64,000 nucleotides of DNA. Source: an uncultured Bacilli bacterium. Its GTDB lineage: Bacteria; Bacillota_I; Bacilli_A; RF39; UBA660. Positions 57,276 through 64,000 of the stretch are shown piece by piece. The position numbers and the translations under genes were made by a program. The stretch is taken from positions 2,712-66,711 of the forward strand of contig CAKOOS010000006.1 of NCBI GenBank assembly GCA_934098735.1, given 5' to 3'. The notes under the pieces were generated by a model. That model was not told where the DNA came from and did no database searches. It saw only the letters and a program-made list of their open reading frames with translations. Numbering within the stretch: the first letter of the stretch is position 1; each line of letters opens with the position of its first letter.

Positions 57276-57304
57276 TAAAAAATGCAAAAACATTATTTTT
57301 GCAT
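57276..57304 (-). terminator. terminator after tpiA
   Basis: 9-bp stem atgcaaaaa/tttttgcat. The tpiA stop lies in the loop, with a T-run on the minus strand. Confidence 0.65.
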
Positions 57305-58003
57305 TTCTTGAAGCATTTTTTTTACAGAATCAATATCTAAGGAAGCTCCACCTACTAAAAAGCCATCTAGAGCATTAATTTTCAGTAATTCGGCAATGTT
57401 TTTTTCACTAACACTTCCTCCATACAAAACTTCTAATTTGGTTTCATATTTTTCATAAATCATATCTTTAATAAAATCAATCGTTTCAATAATATCTTCT
57501 TTGCTCGGAGTCTTGCCAGTCCCAATTGCCCAAATTGGCTCATAAGCAATAATAATATTTTTAATTTCTACATTATTTAATACTTCACTTACTTGTTTTT
57601 CTAAAACTATAAAAGTATCTCCATTTTCTTTATCTTGTAACGTTTCCCCAATACAATATATAACATTTAAATCATTTTCTAGAGCATTACTAATTTTATT
57701 TATAAAATCAATATTAATTTCATTTTTATATATTCGTCTTTCACTATGACCAACTAAAACGTAATTACACCCTAAACTTTTAATTTGTTCTCCAGTTACT
57801 TCACCAGTTATAGTCTTATCTATAAAAGAACTAATATCTTGAGCTCCTAAGTTATATCTATTTTTAGTAAATAAGGATATAAATGGAAATGGTGGCATTA
57901 TAATTAGTTTATGATTGCCATCAATTTCTTGCAAAGAATTATTATATTCTATTATTTCATTTTTTAATAATTTATTTTTAAAATTACAAACCAAATATTT
58001 CAC
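57293..58003 (-). CDS. tpiA: triosephosphate isomerase
   Basis: CNFK, VLVGHSERR, AYEPIWAIGTG and GGS. Confidence 0.9.
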   Translation of the reverse strand: MKYLVCNFKNKLLKNEIIEYNNSLQEIDGNHKLIIMPPFPFISLFTKNRYNLGAQDISSFIDKTITGEVTGEQIKSLGCNYVLVGHSERRIYKNEINIDFINKISNALENDLNVIYCIGETLQDKENGDTFIVLEKQVSEVLNNVEIKNIIIAYEPIWAIGTGKTPSKEDIIETIDFIKDMIYEKYETKLEVLYGGSVSEKNIAELLKINALDGFLVGGASLDIDSVKKMLQEMQK

Positions 58004-58004
58004 T

Positions 58005-59129
58005 TTATTCCATCCAATCTAACGCTTTTAATTTTCCATCTGCAATATATTCAAGAGTTGCTCCTCCACCACTTGATAAAAATTTAAAACTATTTTCGTA
58101 TCCAAATTTTTTAACTGCAGAAACTGTATCTCCTCCACCAACTATAACAATCTTTTTACTCTTTTCTAAAATCTTAAATAAATTCTCTGTTCCTTCAGTA
58201 AAACGTTCATCTTCAAATTTTCCACATGTACCATTAACAAAGATTACTTCACTTTCATTTATATACCTAGAAAATAATTCTATTGTCTTATTTCCAACAT
58301 CATAAATTACTCCATCGTCAATAGTAAAATCAACAGGTAAAATGATTTTATTTTTGTATCCATTCATTAAAACATTTAATTTAGCTAAAATATCTTTATC
58401 ATTAGTTGCAACACTATCCCCAATCGAAGCACCTTTAGCTTTTAAAAATGAATTAGCTATTCCACCTCCAACTAAAAGATAATCACATCTTTTTAACAAT
58501 GATTCTATTATAGGAAGCTTATCATCTACTTTAGCACCTCCCATAAATACACAAAATGGATGAGGAGTATCATGAATTAAAATATCTAAATTTTGTAATT
58601 CTTCTTCAACCAAAAAGCCTATTACATGTGGAAGATATTTCGCTATTCCCGCAGTTGAGGCATGAGCTCTATGTAAAGAACCAAAAGCATCATTTACATA
58701 AACATCTCCTAAACTAGCCCAATACCTTGCTAAAGATAAGTCATTATTACTTTCCTTTTTATCATATAAATCCATAAATCTTGTATTTTCTAAAAGTATT
58801 ACAGATCCCAAAGAATAATTATCAACAATTTCTTTAACTTTAGATCCATAACAATTATCTATAAATACAACTTCTTTTTGAAGTAAATCAGAAAGTTCTT
58901 TTCCAACTACTTTTAAACTATTATTATTTCTATCATTTTCAGTTTTAACTCTTCCAAAATGACTTAAAATAATTATCTTGCAATTATGTTCCAATAAATA
59001 ATTTATAGTTTTTAAACTCTTTTTAATCTTGGAATTATCCTTGATAACACCATTTTCTACAGGAACATTAAAATCACATCTTAATATCACACTTTTATTA
59101 TTTATTTCAATATCTCTAACCGTTTTCAT
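58005..59129 (-). CDS. pgk: phosphoglycerate kinase
   Basis: LRCDFNVP, SHFGR and GGGDT. Confidence 0.9.
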   Translation of the reverse strand: MKTVRDIEINNKSVILRCDFNVPVENGVIKDNSKIKKSLKTINYLLEHNCKIIILSHFGRVKTENDRNNNSLKVVGKELSDLLQKEVVFIDNCYGSKVKEIVDNYSLGSVILLENTRFMDLYDKKESNNDLSLARYWASLGDVYVNDAFGSLHRAHASTAGIAKYLPHVIGFLVEEELQNLDILIHDTPHPFCVFMGGAKVDDKLPIIESLLKRCDYLLVGGGIANSFLKAKGASIGDSVATNDKDILAKLNVLMNGYKNKIILPVDFTIDDGVIYDVGNKTIELFSRYINESEVIFVNGTCGKFEDERFTEGTENLFKILEKSKKIVIVGGGDTVSAVKKFGYENSFKFLSSGGGATLEYIADGKLKALDWME

Positions 59130-59233
59130 TTTTTATCCTTTCTAAAATATTTTAACATGTCAAATATTATTATTCAATATTTATTGACGAACAAAAACAA
59201 AAATGATAGCATATACCTAAAAACGGGTGTTTT

Positions 59234-60481
59234 ATGAGAAAAATAACAATTGATATTAGAATAAATTATGAACACAAAAACACAATTTCATTATATAAAA
59301 ATATTGATGAATATAATTTAATAATGTCCTTTGATAACTTAAATTCATATCTTGAATTTCTAAATAATTCTTACGTAAAAATAGATGAAGTAATAATTGA
59401 TCAGGTTTTAACGGAAGATATTAAAAATTATTTAATTTTCTTTATTTCAAAAAGAAAAGAAAAATTAAAAGAAACTACCCCCATTTATAAAATAGAAAAT
59501 GAAAAAGATTTAGATATATTATCTAAATATAACGAAAAAATAATACTAAATTTGAAAGAACTTCCATTTGAGGAAATAATTAAGATAATTACATCTTCAA
59601 AAATTAAAAGCAATTTTTATTTTATGGATAAATATTCCATAGATAATGAAACAATATCTTTAAAAGAAATACTAAATATGTATGAAAATATCTTTAAAAT
59701 AGCTAATAAAATAAATAACAAAGCTGAAAGTCCCCTTGAAAAATATTATGAAATTTATAAATTTTTAAAATCACATATCTATAAAGAAGAACTTAAAGGA
59801 GAAAGTCCAAATAAAAGTAGAAGTTTAAATCAAATTTTAAATAACGATTCTATTGTATGTGTTGGATTTTCTAAATACTTTTTAGCAATAAGTGAAATAT
59901 TAAAGCTAAAAAGTGAAGAAGTATATTGGGAAAATAAAGACAAAAATTTAAGTGGACATTCATCAATTATAATTTATTTAAATGATTTAAAATATAATTT
60001 AAAAGGAATTTATGCTATAGACTCGGCTTGGGATTGTAAAAAAAATTTACATGATGAAAATTATCAACAAAATATAAGTCATTTTTTAACGCCGATTAAT
60101 ATAGAAATATTAGAAAAAAATAAAGAAAATTTGATAAATCCACGATCAAATTTGTATTTTTCATTAATAAATTTAATAAATATTCAAAAAGAACTTAAAA
60201 AAAACAAAGATTCCAAAATAATTAAATGGATCAATTACTCTATAAATCAAAAAATTAGTAAAATATATGATAACTTAAACATAGAAAATTATTCTAAATC
60301 AATTTATGAAAATAATAAAAATATAAAAAATATGAGTAATAAATTAATACCGTTAGAAATATTAGAAAGTTTAACAGCAGAAGATAATTGTTTTATTACT
60401 ACTAGTTTTCATTTTAGAGCTTTAAAAACAAAAGAAAAACTTTTATATTTACTAGCAAATGATAACAATTTTAAAAGGTAA
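59234..60481 (+). CDS. hypothetical protein, possible transglutaminase-like Cys-His-Asp core
   Basis: Long ORF. IVCVGFSKYF...SGHSSIIIYL...IYAIDSAWD is spaced like a transglutaminase-like cysteine protease triad. Weak. Confidence 0.4.
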   Translation: MRKITIDIRINYEHKNTISLYKNIDEYNLIMSFDNLNSYLEFLNNSYVKIDEVIIDQVLTEDIKNYLIFFISKRKEKLKETTPIYKIENEKDLDILSKYNEKIILNLKELPFEEIIKIITSSKIKSNFYFMDKYSIDNETISLKEILNMYENIFKIANKINNKAESPLEKYYEIYKFLKSHIYKEELKGESPNKSRSLNQILNNDSIVCVGFSKYFLAISEILKLKSEEVYWENKDKNLSGHSSIIIYLNDLKYNLKGIYAIDSAWDCKKNLHDENYQQNISHFLTPINIEILEKNKENLINPRSNLYFSLINLINIQKELKKNKDSKIIKWINYSINQKISKIYDNLNIENYSKSIYENNKNIKNMSNKLIPLEILESLTAEDNCFITTSFHFRALKTKEKLLYLLANDNNFKR

Positions 60482-60580
60482 CAAAAATAATTAATATTAA
60501 AAAAAGCACTATCGCTAGTACCTTTTCAAACTATATAACAGCAAAACAATCTGCAAAATAGAAAGTCTGCCTAAGTATCA

Positions 60581-60614
60581 TTTGGCAGGGGCAGAGAGAA
60601 TCGAACTTCATCAA
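60581..60614 (-). repeat. partial copy of the tRNA-Trp 3' half (att-like direct repeat)
   Basis: tttggcaggggcagagagaatcgaact (27/27 identical to 61466-61492), then t-catcaa versus cccatcaa. Confidence 0.85.
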
Positions 60615-60778
60615 TAGAATTACCTTAAAACCATTTGAAATAAGATATTTTTATAAACTTTCAAGGTAATTTAAAACATTTAAATAATTGGCACATTGTT
60701 TTTTATCTCAAATAACAATTGACACAACTTAAAAACTAAACTTATAATTTTTAAATCATAGACAACAATTTATTAAAA

Positions 60779-61282
60779 TTATTTTTCATAAAAATCACTT
60801 AATGTATCTAAGTTTGTTTTTCTAAATTTATCTTCTTTTACTAATTTTAATATTTCCTCTTTTGAAAGGTATTCAACTTTTTCTACTTCATCTTCTTCTA
60901 TTTCAATTTTAGTCAAGTCGTAGTTTTTTCTAATATAAAAGACATCTTTAAATGCATTTTCATATTTATAAGTTTTAAATAATTTTATTTCATTAATATC
61001 AACATTAATATTCATTTCTTCTAATAATTCTTCTCGAATTGCTTCGTAACTATCTTGTCCACTTTTTACGTGCCCACCAGGTAAAGCCCATATTTCTTTT
61101 TTTCTAGTAGATGTTTTTTGGACTAAAATTTCATTATTATCGTTTTCTATTATTGCTAAAACAACTATAGTATACCTTCCTTCAGGCGTTATAGATTTTT
61201 CACCTTTCTTTCTAAAGATTTTTTCTCCTGTTAAATTTTTGTTTTCATCGTATAAATCAGTATATTCTCCCATATTTTCCAT
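60779..61282 (-). CDS. NUDIX hydrolase
   Basis: Nudix box GGHVKSGQDSYEAIREELLEEMNI. Confidence 0.85.
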   Translation of the reverse strand: MENMGEYTDLYDENKNLTGEKIFRKKGEKSITPEGRYTIVVLAIIENDNNEILVQKTSTRKKEIWALPGGHVKSGQDSYEAIREELLEEMNINVDINEIKLFKTYKYENAFKDVFYIRKNYDLTKIEIEEDEVEKVEYLSKEEILKLVKEDKFRKTNLDTLSDFYEK

Positions 61283-61415
61283 TCTCCTCTTACAATTATC
61301 TTTTAAGTTTTATCTTATATATCTTTTCTTAATTCACTTTTTTCTTTATTAAATTGCATTTGCTCCAAATCTTGTAATGGATAACCATTAAAAAACTCTA
61401 TTTTTATATTTTTTT

Positions 61416-61456
61416 ATAAAAAAAGATTTTTTCTGCTTTACATTTCAGAAAAAATC
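61416..61456 (-). terminator. terminator downstream of tRNA-Trp
   Basis: 11-bp stem gattttttctg/cagaaaaaatc and a T-run on the minus strand. Confidence 0.65.
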
Positions 61457-61467
61457 GAAATAACCTT

Positions 61468-61541
61468 TGGCAGGGGCAGAGAGAATCGAACTCCCATCAA
61501 AAGTTTTGGAGACTCCTATGCTACCATTATACCATGCCCCT
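61468..61541 (-). tRNA. trnW: tRNA-Trp (anticodon CCA), CCA end encoded
   Basis: The reverse complement AGGGGCATGGTATAATGGTAGCATAGGAGTCTCCAAAACTTTTGATGGGAGTTCGATTCTCTCTGCCCCTGCCA folds by hand. Acceptor is AGGGGCA/UGCCCCU, anticodon stem GGAGU/ACUUU, loop CUCCAAA, with a GTTCGATTC T-loop. Confidence 0.9.
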
Positions 61542-61638
61542 ATAAATAACACGGACAACAAAATTATAACATAAGAAAAATTAAAAATCTACCCTTAACA
61601 TATTATAATCTTTTTCATAAATTATACTAGGTGATTTT

Positions 61639-62061
61639 ATGCTTATTAATTATACAGATAATGAACTAGAATTATTAGCACGAATAATGCGAGCTGAAGC
61701 CCTTGGAGAAGGAAATTTAGGTATGCTAATGGTAGGAAATGTAGTTGCAAACCGTGTTTTAGCAGATTGCTTAACTTTTAAAAATGTTAATAGTATTTCC
61801 GATGTTATATATCAGCCAAATCAATTCACTGGTGCTGATTCCTCACTTTTTAATGCATCAGCAACAACGCTGGAAAAACAATTAGCAGAAAGAATATTAC
61901 GAGGTGAATATTATTATCCAGCCACTAACGCTTTATGGTTTTATTCTCCAACTAGTAATAGTAGTTGTAAACAAACTTGGTATAATCAAGATTTAGCTGG
62001 AAGATACAAAAATCATTGTTTTTATAATCCAGATGCAGGAGTTTGCAAAAAAATTCACTAA
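61639..62061 (+). CDS. cwlJ: spore cortex-lytic enzyme CwlJ (SleB/Hydrolase_2 domain)
   Basis: 140 aa. ELLARIMRAEALGEGNLGMLMVGNVVANRV...IYQPNQF...WYNQ...KNHCFYNP is collinear with Bacillus CwlJ as I remember it. Confidence 0.85.
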   Translation: MLINYTDNELELLARIMRAEALGEGNLGMLMVGNVVANRVLADCLTFKNVNSISDVIYQPNQFTGADSSLFNASATTLEKQLAERILRGEYYYPATNALWFYSPTSNSSCKQTWYNQDLAGRYKNHCFYNPDAGVCKKIH

Positions 62062-62112
62062 ACTTGGTATATTCTAACAAATATTGTATAATTAGTTATT
62101 GAAGGTGTTTAT

Positions 62113-62808
62113 ATGTTTTATACTAGTTTTATAATATTTATAATATATTCATTTTTTGGCTGGCTTATGGAAGTTACTTTAACTTTCATAAAAGAAAAAA
62201 AATTCGTTAACCGAGGCTTTTTAATTGGACCTTGTTGTCCTATATACGGATGCGGATGTCTTCTTTTAATATCCTTATTAGGTAAGTTTAAAGATAATAT
62301 AATTATTTTACTAATTCTTACCATTTTAATTTGTTCTATTTTAGAATACTTCACAAGTTGGATTTTAGAAAAAATATTTAAATTAAGATGGTGGGACTAC
62401 TCAAATCAAAAATTCAATATAAACGGAAGAATATGTTTAGAAACAATGACACCATTTACCATTATTGGAGTAGTTGTTGTTAAATACGTAAATCCAAAAT
62501 TGCTATTTTTAATTAAAAAAATACCAAATAATATAATAATAATTCTAGCAATAATTCTTTTCACACTTTTTATATTAGATTTAATAATTTCATGTAACAT
62601 AATAAACAATGTAAAATTTATTGCTGAAAACACCAAAAAAGATTCAACAGAAGACATAAAAAAAGCTGTATTTAAATTTATTCATAATAATCTATATGCT
62701 TATAAAAGAATATTTAAAGCATTTCCAGATATTACAAAAATAATAAAAGAAAAAACTATGCAAACCAGAGAATTTATTTCAAAACATACAAAAAGAAAGA
62801 GTAAATAA
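62113..62808 (+). CDS. DUF1113 / putative ABC-transporter type IV family membrane protein
   Basis: IIYSFFGWLMEV...KKFVNRGFLIGPCCPIYGCG signature. Confidence 0.65.
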   Translation: MFYTSFIIFIIYSFFGWLMEVTLTFIKEKKFVNRGFLIGPCCPIYGCGCLLLISLLGKFKDNIIILLILTILICSILEYFTSWILEKIFKLRWWDYSNQKFNINGRICLETMTPFTIIGVVVVKYVNPKLLFLIKKIPNNIIIILAIILFTLFILDLIISCNIINNVKFIAENTKKDSTEDIKKAVFKFIHNNLYAYKRIFKAFPDITKIIKEKTMQTREFISKHTKRKSK

Positions 62809-62873
62809 TCTGGCTTTTTTTATATTTGTGGCAATAATATATCGTTATTATATTATTCTAAATTCATATTTTG

Positions 62874-62910
62874 GCATAAAAAATGTAGACTGTTTTTTGA
62901 GTCTACATTT
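62874..62910 (-). terminator. terminator after the LysM gene (the hairpin could also serve the convergent plus-strand gene)
   Basis: 10-bp stem aaatgtagac/gtctacattt and a T-run on the minus strand. Confidence 0.65.
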
Positions 62911-62928
62911 AAGAAATACCCATAATTT

Positions 62929-63516
62929 TTATGGTAACAATAATTTTTGACCTATAGATAATGCTGTTGTTGATAAGTTATTTAATTTCATAATTGCATC
63001 AACCGTAGTTTTATATCGATTAGCAATGCTATACAAACTATCTCCTTTTTTAACAGTATAAACCTCATTTTCTTGACTACTATTTACATTAGGAATAACT
63101 AACTTTTGACCAATACTTAAAGTATTAGATTTTAAATTATTTTTATTTTTTAACTCATCTACAGAGACATTATAAGATTTAGCAATACTATATAAACTAT
63201 CTCCTTTTTTGACAATATAAATATTTTCTGTACTTTCGCTTTCTTGAGTTGGTACCTTTATTATTTGTCCAATTGCTAAGCTGTCTGTAACAATGTTGTT
63301 TATAGATTTTAAGTTATCAACACTAGTATTAAATTTTTTAGCTATAGCATATAGTGTATCACCAGATTTTACTACATATTCACCATAATCAGTTTCAGTT
63401 TCTTTTGCACCAGGAATTATAAGATTTTGACCTACACTTAACAAATTACTAGATAAATTATTTGCTTGCTTTAATTCTGCAACTGTAACACCAAGTTTTC
63501 TTGAAATACTCCACAA
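62929..63516 (-). CDS. C-terminal four-LysM-repeat module of a cell-wall-binding protein; appears to lack its 5' end
   Basis: Four LysM repeats (..GD(S/T)L(W/Y)(S/A)IA.K....V..L...N.L....L..GQ.L.IP). The track start is a TTG inside the first repeat. The in-frame sequence YIKIVSGDSL completes that repeat upstream (to 63543) but has no start codon and hits a stop at 63550-52. Confidence 0.6.
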   Translation of the reverse strand: MWSISRKLGVTVAELKQANNLSSNLLSVGQNLIIPGAKETETDYGEYVVKSGDTLYAIAKKFNTSVDNLKSINNIVTDSLAIGQIIKVPTQESESTENIYIVKKGDSLYSIAKSYNVSVDELKNKNNLKSNTLSIGQKLVIPNVNSSQENEVYTVKKGDSLYSIANRYKTTVDAIMKLNNLSTTALSIGQKLLLP

Positions 63517-63536
63517 ACTATCTCCAGATACAATTT

Positions 63537-64000
63537 TTATGTAACATTTTTAAATGTAAATATAATATCTACCTGTTTATCTTGATAGATATAAATTTTT
63601 TCAACTAAATTAATTATTAATTCTCTAGTTGGATTTTCAAGTGATAAAAATTCATTTATATATTTTTCTATTTGTTTGTTATCTATTTTATTTTCTTCTA
63701 TTTGTTCATTTTTAAGATTATCAATTTTCTTTTTATTATTATCTATTTCAGTTTTAATATTTTCACTTACTCTTAAGTATTGTTCTTCATCAATAATACC
63801 TTTTAATCTATCCATATATGTTTTATCTAGACTTTCAGTTAATTTATTATTTGTTATCTCTAAACTTTCAATTTGTTTTTTTATCTTTAAACTATTATCT
63901 TCAAACTTTATATTATTAATAGATTCTTTTATCTTGTTTTTATCTAAATACTTTTTACATACATCCCTTATATTATCTAAAATAACATTTTCTAATACTT
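63537..64000 (-). CDS. large serine recombinase, C-terminal part (5' end beyond the window)
   Basis: I checked that the frame stays open from 63815 to 64000. ...LENVILDNIRDVCKKYLDKNK...LTESLDKTYMDRLKGIIDEEQYLRVSENIKTE...PTRELIINLVEKIYIYQDKQVDIIFTFKN matches the coiled-coil plus DUF4368-type tail of TndX/SpoIVCA-like recombinases as I remember them. Confidence 0.65.
   Translation of the reverse strand, partial: VLENVILDNIRDVCKKYLDKNKIKESINNIKFEDNSLKIKKQIESLEITNNKLTESLDKTYMDRLKGIIDEEQYLRVSENIKTEIDNNKKKIDNLKNEQIEENKIDNKQIEKYINEFLSLENPTRELIINLVEKIYIYQDKQVDIIFTFKNVT

Noticed and set aside
61639-62808. cwlJ followed by a gerQ-like partner, as in Bacillus cwlJ-gerQ.
   Set aside because: The downstream gene is a polytopic DUF1113-type membrane protein, not a Gln-rich GerQ-like coat protein. 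No claim is made.
1-64000. CRISPR arrays, rRNA genes, IS elements/transposases and toxin-antitoxin pairs.
   Set aside because: I saw no regularly spaced direct repeats, no rRNA-like GC-rich blocks and no transposase-like ORFs in the track. The only recombinase is the partial one at the right edge.

Overview
Strongly AT-rich (judged by eye, not computed) low-GC Bacillota chromosome segment, transcribed almost entirely from the minus strand. All calls come from reading motifs, synteny and hairpins by eye; no database search or folding was possible. The window has three zones. (1) 0-21.8 kb looks accessory. It holds a VanY fragment, an alcohol dehydrogenase and MscS. Next comes an intact Gram-positive-type type IV secretion (T4SS) operon at 4.2-14.7 kb: a small VirB2-like-topology protein, a VirB6-like protein, a TcpE/VirB3-like protein, a two-piece VirB4, a cell-wall hydrolase, an anchored protein and a VirD4 coupling protein. 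No relaxase, integrase or replication gene is visible near it. After it come a coiled-coil repeat protein, two tandem FemABX transferases, LemA, a divergent pair of collagen-like (BclA-type) proteins and a frameshifted sigma-region-4-like small ORF. (2) 21.8-59.1 kb is origin-proximal core: ung, MYG1, rlmH, yycJ-like, an M23 peptidase, dnaB, rplI, an MBOAT+DHHW O-acylation pair, an mTERF-repeat protein, rpsF-ssb-rpsR, ychF and parAB. It then carries the complete S10-spc-alpha ribosomal protein operons (rpsJ to rplQ, with no rpmD), followed by gpmI, spo0A wedged between tpiA and gpmI, and pgk. (3) 59-64 kb holds tRNA-Trp, whose duplicated 3' half brackets a lone Nudix gene, then cwlJ. It ends with a LysM-repeat gene that lacks its 5' end and abuts the 3' end of a large serine recombinase gene running off the window, which is probably the edge of a mobile or intervening element. 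spo0A, cwlJ and the BclA-like genes point to an endospore-former lineage.
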